Shown here piece after piece: positions 28,301 through 36,617 of a stretch of 64,000 nucleotides of DNA. Within the stretch, counting starts at the first letter, position 1; every line of letters begins with the position of its first letter. The DNA comes from Nanobdellota archaeon. GTDB lineage: Archaea > Nanobdellota > Nanobdellia > Woesearchaeales > GW2011-AR9. A program made the translations under genes and the position numbers. The notes beneath the pieces were generated by a model that was given only the letters and a program-made list of their open reading frames with translations, ran no database searches and was not told where the DNA came from. The stretch is from assembly GCA_038044525.1 (NCBI GenBank), contig JBBSZV010000033.1, positions 7,131 through 71,130 of the forward strand. The letters run 5' to 3'.

Positions 28301-30848
28301 CGGTGATGCGAATATCAATAATCCTTGTAACGTCCATGATGATTGCACCGGCGGAGCGTTATGTCTTTCCGGCGTTTGTTCCGCGCCTCCGTCTAATAGT
28401 GTTGCGCTAAAAGGATCAACTGACACCACCACCGGTTTATTGCAGTGCGTATGCACATACGACGAAAAGCAAGTGAAACATTATCCCGGTGTCAGGACGG
28501 CTATGAAAGAGCAGAATGGCATCGCTGAAGAGTGGTCTTATCATCAGCAACAAGTATTCAAAGAATCAAATAATCGTTTCGGAACGTATTATCCGGAATG
28601 GAGATATTATGGCGGCCGGGACTTTTCGTCTGCTTTTGGAGCAGATTACCTTTTAGATTATTTCCAGTCGGATAAACAGGTGCATCAAGTCAGCCCCAAC
28701 ACGCAGTTCTTAGGCGCATATCAAACGGTCTGCTTATCGCGGGTAAGAGCGCATTTAATCACATTAAAAGCAATTCTGGAAGGACTGCGCAATTGCATTC
28801 AGGAAGCAAAATACACCGGCCTGCGCGATGCAGGAGTTTGTAAAACTATTTTCACCCAGCAGGTATGCGGTTTAGTCTACAAAGCGATCGCTTACTTTGT
28901 CAACCAATGCAGCCCCTTTGATTTCAATGACGAAAGCAAAGGAACATTAGGGGGCATCGGCGCAGTTACTGAAGCGACCTTCGGCTCTATCGGGGAAGCC
29001 ATGCAGTCGTCCATCGATGATGTGAAAAGCGATTATGGCAACGCGCAGTTGAATAATTATTTTGCTGCCGGCGCAGAAGGATTGACTCAGTCTATGTGCA
29101 TGGCTGCTTTCGGCTACGACTGGCCGTTGGGCGCAGATTTTATTCTTGATGCTGCTTATGCAGTTCCAGGAAAAACAACTGTGCATGTAATTCCCGCGCA
29201 CCGGGAATTGTCAACTTACGATCCTTCTTCTGGGAATGCCGTCTATAATTACGAAGTCGGCGCTTTGATATTGCCGGGCTGCAGGGTCAGAAGTTATAAT
29301 GTTTATCTGAAATGCGTCGGTCCGGAAGATTCCGGAAAACCGGGCGTGCAATGCGGCGAGCAGGGCTGCGACTGCTTGCATACGACAGAAGTGAACTCAT
29401 TATTGGAAGGGGATAAGAAACATTCCCTGGATGGCGGCAGAGGATTTGATCTTAAGCCGAACGGATTTTTCAGCGTTCCCATACCTTCTCCGCAGAAAGT
29501 AAACAAACCGTTCAGGTACGACCACGTCGTGGTAGAGCTGCAGCTGGACCAGTCTGAACAAGGAAATGAAGACAAATGTTACGATACCGGATACGAAGAC
29601 GGAAAATTCTATTTCCCGATCGTTGATGTATCGCCGCCGGGAACGGGAGTATGCCAGGTGCAGCCATTGACGGGAAAATATACTTGTCCTGAATTCATGA
29701 GTTTATTTGGCGGTGAAGAAGGAGCATACCTGCAGGATCCGTACATCAGCTGTTATGATGCCGATACGCGTTCCTGGATTCCGTGCATTACGCCGAATAT
29801 CTTTACCAAGGGCGAAGAGATAAAAGTGCGCGCGGAAGCGGTCAGCGACGGAAAAAAATATTGCGTGAAAATGAGCACTTCGGGATTACCTCAGCAGGAT
29901 GTGCAGTTCCGACAACTGCCAGTGGGCATCCCAGGAAATTTCCCGGTGGAAATGTCTTTAGGTTCAGTCACGCCGAATTTGTTTACTGGTGCAACAACGA
30001 CTATAGTATTAACCGGCGGAGACAAGAGCTGCGAATCTAAATTAAAACTGATAGATTTCCCGGCGGGAGACATCGATACTGCAAGTTTGAAATTTACTTA
30101 CCAGAAATTAGGCGATGATAGTTACAGGATATTTGTTCCAGAAGGAATTTCAATTTCATCTGAAGGCGGTTATAGTGCCAATGGAGCAACTTTAACCAAG
30201 AATGGAAAAGAAGAGCTCACTTCTGCTGAAATACGAGAAGCCGTATTTGACTATAAAGGGATGCGTTTCAGCAACGCTGTCGGCGCTCCGGGAAGCGGGG
30301 ACAGCTGTGAATACAGAGTCAGGGCGGCGGCAGGGGCGCAGTACGCGCAGAACGAAAAGACCATTTCCGTCACCGCAGAATTATTGCAGCCGGATGCGGT
30401 AGGTAATTGTTACAATGCAGAGATCCCGGTCAAGAGCCAGATAGGGTATTCGAGATACACGCAGCCTATTAATCTGCGGTTGGAACCTTTAGTATCGCAG
30501 GCAGCCAGTCAGATGTATCAGGATTTCATGCGTGAAAATTATGCAAAAGTTATCGGCAATGCGGAAAGCATCGTCAACCGCGGCATCTCCGATATCGAAG
30601 ATGCGACCGCATTATATTATCTGGTCGCGGCGAAAATCGCAGACAGCCAGAAAAGGAATGTGGACTGGAAGGTTTCTTTCCGGGAAGATATCTGCGATCT
30701 GATCGGCGTGTTTAAAACCAGAAAATCCGGCAGCATACCTCTCGGCCAATATCCTGACGAAGTCAGGAGCAGCGCAGAATACAAGAAGATAGAAGCATAT
30801 TTCGGCGAGATTGAAAAAGAAGCCCAATGCGGAGTTACGAATGTTTAA
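25398..30848 (+). CDS. Giant secreted protein (1816 aa): signal peptide, an N-terminal fibronectin-III-like domain, Ig-like repeats, and a long Cys-rich C-terminal region.
   Basis: Signal peptide ...VFIVLGLFLNLPIVSALE. The FN3-like segment reads ISNVRAEIISPTEAEISWETDEPAGSFVDYGLSEE...STYYFQVQS. More than 60 Cys lie in the second half, including CNVHDDCTGGALCLSGVCS. Confidence 0.6.
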   Translation: MIGSQKKRCWRILVFIVLGLFLNLPIVSALEISNVRAEIISPTEAEISWETDEPAGSFVDYGLSEETLGRVGDASQVVEHIVALSDIAPQSTYYFQVQSGEVIDNNDGSLYSFNTLAPDTTAPEINVELPAAVQGNRIDFSGTTEFGATVNVFVNGPLLRVVAADAALPDDPSQGRFTITDLALDSNKDNLVKIEVIDLAGNDASMQVTVFSDTSKPKLDLVVLPEFVSEKNFILRGTISEESSYEIFIAEDSVAEGQGTALQAELSLEEGGNKIKIVITDKAGWVTEEEFNIISDTKAPKVEFDFAKGKEYYQGNAETDISGATEPGAEVYLFIFRPLTYEFTPTFNKAWEKVTADAQGRFTFEEVDLESPPISLEDLAPRQIPSGLNAETIFPIEQIQAAQKFTYHVYLVAEDKSGKTGYAKKLVNINTCYSADFDFDVQSLARFQAPLRLNPTLLDDGREEVTAVFNFSYRGKGISTQGQSAFQIQNVQFDKACTQGMLEDDSTKIGCNIFPQQPRLMPNADKTAWYITAPLFTTEKFSDKKEDFWDEFGRRQITFPLKIKITYRDNLGGGKMSDLKTQVSCYELGYFIDIPLESKNMIPDFLAEEGLDAIEFTIDKIDIVLPYLENAILVTGIAWVSSFIGKLAVRYARLVSSKLEAFFSKGKAKNEQCPGDQEKYYTKSEIQHWRELKARGLLEGEERLRKDWEDESQSIEELCPSTAGLWEAEKVIDQAYRWTGDRVLCRTVPAGWTSTKDKPEIDTVIAGQNQCTASSRGVPLLEIENCGKRIEENTNIANPNAKAARLVDEGEFTCYQSGDFLYYANQDSATTLQNGGSLVRLERVHDFGLSIQQAGLYAGAGDLIAYQPPGSDQYVIGQDKTCEQACKNPRKSGYRAYVEKGLRTVTADGQEGSFGCFQERVNEFGDINPVGVATQDNPNDPQGIGSRQFSAGYTRDCFIDYQKGGVTPGDANINNPCNVHDDCTGGALCLSGVCSAPPSNSVALKGSTDTTTGLLQCVCTYDEKQVKHYPGVRTAMKEQNGIAEEWSYHQQQVFKESNNRFGTYYPEWRYYGGRDFSSAFGADYLLDYFQSDKQVHQVSPNTQFLGAYQTVCLSRVRAHLITLKAILEGLRNCIQEAKYTGLRDAGVCKTIFTQQVCGLVYKAIAYFVNQCSPFDFNDESKGTLGGIGAVTEATFGSIGEAMQSSIDDVKSDYGNAQLNNYFAAGAEGLTQSMCMAAFGYDWPLGADFILDAAYAVPGKTTVHVIPAHRELSTYDPSSGNAVYNYEVGALILPGCRVRSYNVYLKCVGPEDSGKPGVQCGEQGCDCLHTTEVNSLLEGDKKHSLDGGRGFDLKPNGFFSVPIPSPQKVNKPFRYDHVVVELQLDQSEQGNEDKCYDTGYEDGKFYFPIVDVSPPGTGVCQVQPLTGKYTCPEFMSLFGGEEGAYLQDPYISCYDADTRSWIPCITPNIFTKGEEIKVRAEAVSDGKKYCVKMSTSGLPQQDVQFRQLPVGIPGNFPVEMSLGSVTPNLFTGATTTIVLTGGDKSCESKLKLIDFPAGDIDTASLKFTYQKLGDDSYRIFVPEGISISSEGGYSANGATLTKNGKEELTSAEIREAVFDYKGMRFSNAVGAPGSGDSCEYRVRAAAGAQYAQNEKTISVTAELLQPDAVGNCYNAEIPVKSQIGYSRYTQPINLRLEPLVSQAASQMYQDFMRENYAKVIGNAESIVNRGISDIEDATALYYLVAAKIADSQKRNVDWKVSFREDICDLIGVFKTRKSGSIPLGQYPDEVRSSAEYKKIEAYFGEIEKEAQCGVTNV

Positions 30849-31410
30849 ACGGGGAAAGATAGAGATGGAAATGTTTATCGTATTGATCACCATGGTCTTT
30901 ACCAGCGCGGTAATATTATTCTTAGTTTATAGCGGGACTATCGAAGTGAAAGAAGGCGCCTCTTCCGAGCCGGTATTGAACGCAGAATTCCTTCCGGCAG
31001 GAAGGGAAGGCGTCTTGGCGATAAAAGATTTTGATTTCTGCAGTTATGTGGATGAGAATCTTAATTGTTTGGCAGAGCAAGATGAATTTGGAAAAGCCGA
31101 AAATGTTTATGTGCGGTTCGTGGTCGAGAGCAGCGTTACCGGCGGGCAGGCGATACTGCTGCGAAATTATGAGATGCGTAATCCTTCTGGAGAAATAATA
31201 TTACGGGCAGAACAGAAAAATGCTTATAATTTTGAATTAAGCAGCACTAGAAGTACGGAAAATGTGGTCTTCGGAGAATATTTCGTCATCGGCGAGGATG
31301 CGGTTGCCGGAGAGTATACTTTGGATGTGATCATCGAAAATCCATTATTTGAAAAGAAGATAACTTTGACCAAGAGCTTTGAAGTGGTTGACTGGGAGGA
31401 GCAGCCATGA
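30811..31410 (+). CDS. Small membrane-anchored protein in the giant-protein operon.
   Basis: The TM helix reads MEMFIVLITMVFTSAVILFLVYSG. It overlaps the upstream gene by 38 nt and has an ATGA overlap with the downstream gene. Confidence 0.45.
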   Translation: MKKKPNAELRMFKRGKIEMEMFIVLITMVFTSAVILFLVYSGTIEVKEGASSEPVLNAEFLPAGREGVLAIKDFDFCSYVDENLNCLAEQDEFGKAENVYVRFVVESSVTGGQAILLRNYEMRNPSGEIILRAEQKNAYNFELSSTRSTENVVFGEYFVIGEDAVAGEYTLDVIIENPLFEKKITLTKSFEVVDWEEQP

Positions 31411-33845
31411 AAGGAAAAATAATTTTTCTGATCGGTTTGATCTTGGTCAGCGCAGTCTTCGCCCAGCAGGTGCAGGTCGGGACGGTCGGGGTAAATCCTG
31501 TTGGTGTTTACGATGGATGCTCAGGAAAGAGAATAGGATTAGTTGGAGCTTCTAATACGGTGGATATGGACGCTCAGGGGAATAAAGTCCCTTCTTCGTG
31601 GAATAATGTTAACATTATCAAAGTGATGTGCCCTGGCGCTACAGTATTTCTTCATGCGAAAGGGGGAACTTGGCCTGGCGCGCAAGTATCTTTAGTCCAA
31701 GCAGCGATACAAAACGATAATCTTGATTATATGATTCTGGATCCTTCTGCTAATGGCCAGCAGGCTTCTTCAGGTATAACGTCTGAAGGATATAAGGCGG
31801 CAGCGATCAATTTAGCTCAGATAGTAAAAAATAAAAATAAAGATATTAAAGTTATAATGCTGACCAATACTCCGCTTAAAGGGGCTGGCGGCGGATATGG
31901 AACGCCAGAAACGGTGCAAAAAGTTAAGGCTTTCAATGCAGATCTCTTGAATAATAAACTGGGAAGACCTGATTTGATCGATTATGCAGTCGATACTTAT
32001 TCTGCAACTGAAGACCCTGCCGGAAGCGACAGCTGTGGAAAATATTGCGGCGGAGATAATCTTCATTTCGGCGAAGCGGGAAGAAAACAGGTCATGAAAG
32101 CGGTCATGGATATAGTGTTTGGAAATCCGACTGTCGCAACCGCCACAAGCAATGCGCCGGTTTCCCAATCTTTGGGAGCAGAGAATTGCCTGAACAAACA
32201 ACGCTGTGAGGAGATTGATGCGATATGGCTGAAGATCGTGGCCTGGATCAATAATGCGGCGCGGAAAGGGCGTGTTTTTGATACCGTTGACGGGTGGAGA
32301 AATCATCAGGAAGCCCGTCCAACTGTGGTGATAAACCCAACTATAATCAAACCCAGCGCCGTTTCTACTAATTTTTGTATTGCAACTATAGGAACCAACG
32401 AACAGAAAGCGCTGTTGGATACCATCGCCTGGGCCGAAGGAACAAAGGAAAAATATAATCTGATGTTCGGGGGAAAAGAATTTACAACGTATAGCTCGCA
32501 TCCAGTTGAAACCGGAGAGATGCCGGAAAAAGGTTTTCCTTGGCCCGGCGGCACATCCACCGCTGCAGGAAGGTACCAATTTTTATACAGAACTTATAAA
32601 GATCTCCGTGGCCGCGGATTCTTCCAAACGGGATTCTTACCTGCAGAACAAGATAAAGCCGGGTTATGGTTATTAGAGACTAAGCGCGGCCTTTCTCAAA
32701 ATGAATTAGCTATCGCCGTGAATTCAGGCAATCTTGCTCCCGTATGGGATAAATTAGCCGGGGAATGGGCGTCGTTGCCCTGCGATACAACTAATGTGAA
32801 AATAGGAGATAGAACTTATTGTTTGGCAAAAGGAAAAAGTTTTTATCCCGGCCAGACGGCAAGAAGTTATCAGGAACTGAAAACCGTCTATCAAACTTGT
32901 CTGCAGTACCACGCCACCGGAGGACTTTCCGGCGCAGCTTCTTCTCCAGCAGCTTCAGGAATTTCTAATGCGGCATCAGAAGCATTCGACTTTGTTTATG
33001 GCATCTGGGGGGGGGGCAGTTCTCCTGAAACCAAGCAAGGAAGCGTAGTCAGCTTCAAGAACAGCATCCTTGAACAGGCCTGTACTGCGGAAAGCTTAGT
33101 GTGCGTCATCCCTACTAAAAATGTGGGCAAGCGGGAAGCTGGCGGCATAGGCAATTGCCGTGCCGGAATGGTGCAGGTAGGGAATATCTGTGTAGACCAA
33201 TACGAAGCGATGCTGGCAAATAAAAATAATGGAGAAGTGTGGTCTCCCTATTGCGCTCCCGGAACAGAGATAAGCGAACTGCAGGCGGTTTCTATCAGCG
33301 GAGTTGTTCCCCAGGCGACCATCAATCAGCTGCAAGCCAAACAAGCGTGCGAAAATGCAGGGAAAAGATTGTGCACGGACGAAGAATGGTTATCAATCTG
33401 TCAGGGAGCAGAAGGAAGGACATATCCTTATGGCAATGTTTTACAGCAGGAAACGTGTAACGACCAGACCATTGCCAAGCCTTACGCGCACGTAACTGAT
33501 GCTACCGTAAAAGAATATTGTCCAAACCATCAAGAGTTTTATAAAAAACAGCCGGCCGGAGTAACTTACAACACCAATCCTTGGATGATCCACCCTAAAA
33601 ATAATCAGAATGCCGTTTCTTTGGAAGTAACCGGCAACAAGGCAGGATGTAAAACTCCTGAGCAGGTTTATGATTTAGTCGGAAATATTGCAGAATGGAC
33701 CGCCGATCCGGCAGGAACGTTCAGGGGGGGATATTTCCAACTAGCAGCAGGAACAAATAATGGCTGTTTGTACAAAACAACTTTTCATCCGGCATCTTAT
33801 ACCGATTACTCCATAGGTTTCCGCTGCTGCGCCGGCCTTTCTTAA
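31407..33845 (+). CDS. Secreted multidomain protein with a central lysozyme-superfamily-like region and a C-terminal FGE-sulfatase/C-type-lectin-fold (DUF323-like) domain.
   Basis: Signal peptide MKGKIIFLIGLILVSAVFA. The segment IAWAEGTKEKYNLMFGGKEFTTYSSHP shows the E-x8-(D/N)-x5-T pattern of T4-lysozyme-like enzymes. The C-terminus reads ...YDLVGNIAEWTADP...GGYFQ...YSIGFRCCAGLS, which resembles FGE/SUMF1-fold domains ending in GFRC. Confidence 0.5.
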   Translation: MKGKIIFLIGLILVSAVFAQQVQVGTVGVNPVGVYDGCSGKRIGLVGASNTVDMDAQGNKVPSSWNNVNIIKVMCPGATVFLHAKGGTWPGAQVSLVQAAIQNDNLDYMILDPSANGQQASSGITSEGYKAAAINLAQIVKNKNKDIKVIMLTNTPLKGAGGGYGTPETVQKVKAFNADLLNNKLGRPDLIDYAVDTYSATEDPAGSDSCGKYCGGDNLHFGEAGRKQVMKAVMDIVFGNPTVATATSNAPVSQSLGAENCLNKQRCEEIDAIWLKIVAWINNAARKGRVFDTVDGWRNHQEARPTVVINPTIIKPSAVSTNFCIATIGTNEQKALLDTIAWAEGTKEKYNLMFGGKEFTTYSSHPVETGEMPEKGFPWPGGTSTAAGRYQFLYRTYKDLRGRGFFQTGFLPAEQDKAGLWLLETKRGLSQNELAIAVNSGNLAPVWDKLAGEWASLPCDTTNVKIGDRTYCLAKGKSFYPGQTARSYQELKTVYQTCLQYHATGGLSGAASSPAASGISNAASEAFDFVYGIWGGGSSPETKQGSVVSFKNSILEQACTAESLVCVIPTKNVGKREAGGIGNCRAGMVQVGNICVDQYEAMLANKNNGEVWSPYCAPGTEISELQAVSISGVVPQATINQLQAKQACENAGKRLCTDEEWLSICQGAEGRTYPYGNVLQQETCNDQTIAKPYAHVTDATVKEYCPNHQEFYKKQPAGVTYNTNPWMIHPKNNQNAVSLEVTGNKAGCKTPEQVYDLVGNIAEWTADPAGTFRGGYFQLAAGTNNGCLYKTTFHPASYTDYSIGFRCCAGLS

Positions 33846-33890
33846 TATCTAAAGCATACTTTTTTAAAATTAGTTTTGTTTTAACCTTCC

Positions 33891-35780
33891 ATGAGCGTCG
33901 AATCATTCTTAGAGATCTGTAAACGGCAGTATGAGCCGCAGCATCTTTCCGTATTTAATGCAGCTTTGGCCTTTTCTCAAAAGCATCTCGGCGAAGTAAA
34001 ACGATTGGCAGGTGATTCCTTTTTTGACCATAATGTCCGGGCGGGAGAAATCTTGGCGGACAGCAAAGTGTCGCCGGAAGTGGTGGTCGCCGGTCTGCTG
34101 CATGGGATTTTAAAATATTCTTCTGAAAAAGAGGTCTTAAATATTTTCGGCAAAGAGATCCTGCTTTTGCTGAAAGGAGAAGAAGAAATCAAGGCGGTCA
34201 AATCAAAAAATCCTCTTCTGGAAGCCGAAGCCCTGCGGAGAATATTGCTTGCGACATTAAGAGACGTACGGGTTATTTTTGTTAAGCTCGCCGCTAAATT
34301 AGATAATCTTAGGGCCATCTCGGTGCTTCCCGAGGAAGACCAGAGACGCATCGCAGAAGAAGTAATGGAAGTATATGCGCCGCTGGCTAACAGATTGGGA
34401 TTGGAGAAAATAAAAAATCCTCTGGAAGATTTGGCGCTGCAGATCCTGAATCCGGAAAAATATCGCGAAATAACCGAATTCCTGGAAGAATCACGTGAGC
34501 AGCGGGAAGCGTTGATCAAAGAAATGATTCAATCGGTGAAAGAGTTGGCCGCGGGAAAAGTTGAGATCATCAAAATCAAAGGCCGTTCCAAGCACATCTA
34601 CAGCATCTACAAGAAGCTGGTGCAGCGCTGCGTGCCTTTAGCAGAACAATATGATTTGTCGGGCATCAGGGTAATTGTTCCGGAAGTAAATGATTGCTAT
34701 ACTCTCTTGGGACTCTTGCACGAGAAGCTCGAGTCCGCGGAAGGAAGATTAAAAGATTATATCGCCAACCCTAAACCTAACTTTTATCGTTCTCTTCACA
34801 CCGGAATTCTGTCGTCATCAGGAAAAATTGTGGAGATTCAGATTCGCACCCCGGAAATGGATGAGCTTGCTGAGGAAGGGCTGGCTGCGCACTGGCGGTA
34901 TAAGAAACTGAATTCCGATGAATTATTTGAAAAGAAAATTGCCTGGCTGAAAGGAGTTTTAGATATGCAGAAGGAAGAAAACCACGAATTTTTAGAGATG
35001 GCTAAAGTAGACGTGTTTGGGGATAATATCTATTGCTACACGCCAAAAGGCGACGTTAAAGAACTGCCTAAGGGAGCAAATATCCTTGATTTTGCTTATA
35101 TGATCCATGAAGAAGTCGGAAACCATGCGGTAGGAGCGCACGTGAACGGAAAATTCGTCTCTTTGAAACAGCAGCTTTCTTCCGGAGATGTAGTGGAGAT
35201 ACTTACCAACAAAAGCCAGCGCCCCCGACGCGACTGGCTGAAATTAGTCAAATCTGCGAATGCCAGAAATAAGATTCGGAAATCTCTTAAAGAATATGAT
35301 AAGCTTCCGGCTCTTCATTTTAAGCAGCTTAAACCGGTGGTGACAGAAGAGCAGGGCATTTTAGCAGAAGCGCCCGACTATGCCAGCGCAGTATGCGTAT
35401 TAGCTAAATGCTGCAATCCTCTGCCGGGAGAAGATATTGCCGGCTTAATCACTAAAAGAAGAGTCATTTCCGTCCACAGGATCGATTGCCGCGCGGCATT
35501 GAAAGAGCAGGAGCGCTGGGTGGCGGTGCAATGGAAAAATGGATTCAACCAAAAAATAAGATTTTATGCTGTAGCTGAGGAAAGGAGCGGCCTGTTGGCT
35601 GATCTTTTAAACGTCATAGCCAATACCGGTTTTGAGGTTAAGGAAGCAAAAGCAAAATTGTTAGACATAACCTTAGCGCAATGCTCTTTTTTAGTGATAC
35701 CAAAAGATTTGGAACATCTGAAAGAACTGGTAAGGCGGGCGCAGAAAGTAAGGGGGATAAAAAAGATGTATTTCGGATGA
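33891..35780 (+). CDS. Long RelA/SpoT homolog (RSH) with HD-like, (p)ppGpp synthetase, TGS and ACT domains.
   Basis: The synthetase motifs are GRSKHIYSIYKKL, IRVIV...CYTLLGLLH, KDYIANPKPNFYRSLHT, VEIQIRTPEMDELAEEGLAAHWRYK. The TGS domain reads YCYTPKGDVKELPKGANILDFAYMIHEEVGNHAVGAHVNGKFVSL. In the HD region, LLHGIL replaces the usual LLHDVVED, so the hydrolase may be inactive. Confidence 0.75.
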   Translation: MSVESFLEICKRQYEPQHLSVFNAALAFSQKHLGEVKRLAGDSFFDHNVRAGEILADSKVSPEVVVAGLLHGILKYSSEKEVLNIFGKEILLLLKGEEEIKAVKSKNPLLEAEALRRILLATLRDVRVIFVKLAAKLDNLRAISVLPEEDQRRIAEEVMEVYAPLANRLGLEKIKNPLEDLALQILNPEKYREITEFLEESREQREALIKEMIQSVKELAAGKVEIIKIKGRSKHIYSIYKKLVQRCVPLAEQYDLSGIRVIVPEVNDCYTLLGLLHEKLESAEGRLKDYIANPKPNFYRSLHTGILSSSGKIVEIQIRTPEMDELAEEGLAAHWRYKKLNSDELFEKKIAWLKGVLDMQKEENHEFLEMAKVDVFGDNIYCYTPKGDVKELPKGANILDFAYMIHEEVGNHAVGAHVNGKFVSLKQQLSSGDVVEILTNKSQRPRRDWLKLVKSANARNKIRKSLKEYDKLPALHFKQLKPVVTEEQGILAEAPDYASAVCVLAKCCNPLPGEDIAGLITKRRVISVHRIDCRAALKEQERWVAVQWKNGFNQKIRFYAVAEERSGLLADLLNVIANTGFEVKEAKAKLLDITLAQCSFLVIPKDLEHLKELVRRAQKVRGIKKMYFG

Positions 35781-35811
35781 TCTTTGCAGAAAGTATCCGT
35801 AAAGTTTAAAT

Positions 35812-35825
35812 ATGTGTTAACACAT
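35812..35825. promoter_or_regulatory. Perfect 14-bp palindrome ATGTGTTAACACAT about 30 bp upstream of the antitoxin start. Candidate autoregulatory operator.
   Basis: Read directly from the sequence. It is self-complementary. Confidence 0.45.
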
Positions 35826-35854
35826 AAATCCCTTATAATGGTCGGAGGTATAAA

Positions 35855-36073
35855 ATGACAAATATGACTCTATCAATACCTAAGGAACTGCACAGCGAAA
35901 TGGCGGCACATTCGGAAATCAGATGGAGCGATGTTGCCCGGCAAGCTTTTGAAAAGAAAGTAGAAGAGCTGCATTGGATGGACAAAGTTTTGGAAAAAAG
36001 CGCGCTTACTGAGAAGGATGCAGGAGAGATAGGTCATAAAATAAAGCATGAAATAAGAAAAAGGTTTTCTTAA
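35855..36073 (+). CDS. Ribbon-helix-helix (CopG/VapB-like) antitoxin candidate.
   Basis: 72 aa. The N-terminal beta-strand MTLSIPKELHSEM is followed by helices. Its stop overlaps the next ATG (TAATG). Confidence 0.45.
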   Translation: MTNMTLSIPKELHSEMAAHSEIRWSDVARQAFEKKVEELHWMDKVLEKSALTEKDAGEIGHKIKHEIRKRFS

Positions 36074-36486
36074 TGCGTTTGATAATCAATACCAATAGGA
36101 TTATAGCTGCGCTCATAAAAGATTCGGTCTCCAGAGAAATATTCCTTCATCTTGATGCCGAGTTAATAACCATTAATTTTTCGAACAAAGAAATCGATAA
36201 ATATAAGGCTCTTATCCTTAAAAAAGCAAGAATTACGGAACTGGAATTTAACATCCTCCTTGAAAAACTCAAACAAAAGCTAATTCTGCTTGATGACAGG
36301 ATTATTTTAGCTAAAATGGAAGAAGCAGGAAAAATTATGGATAGGATTGACCAAGATGATACGCCCTTTATCGCAGCAGCATTAGCAACCGGTTCAGATA
36401 TATGGTCTGATGATACCCATTTTGAGAAGCAAAAAAAAATTAAGGTTTGGAAGACGAAGGATTTAGCCGGATTAATGAAAAAATAA
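36073..36486 (+). CDS. PIN-domain (VapC-like) toxin candidate.
   Basis: 137 aa. The N-terminus reads LIINTNRIIAAL. The C-terminal acidic cluster DDTPFIAAALATGSDIWSDDTHF is typical of PIN active sites. Confidence 0.5.
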   Translation: MRLIINTNRIIAALIKDSVSREIFLHLDAELITINFSNKEIDKYKALILKKARITELEFNILLEKLKQKLILLDDRIILAKMEEAGKIMDRIDQDDTPFIAAALATGSDIWSDDTHFEKQKKIKVWKTKDLAGLMKK

Positions 36487-36617
36487 AATCCAGATGGGCA
36501 ATATAAAATTAAATCCCAAGAGGAGTGAACTTAGATACAACGGCCATAATAAAGACAAATACTTTTTCATTACGGACTAAATAATAGTTTAAATTATAAA
36601 TATAACCCCTACATGAA

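Noticed and set aside
31407-33845. Diversity-generating retroelement (DGR) around the FGE/C-type-lectin-fold C-terminus.
   Set aside because: No reverse-transcriptase ORF was found in the window. No A-rich template-repeat copy of the gene's 3' end was found in nearby non-coding DNA. The fold alone is insufficient evidence.
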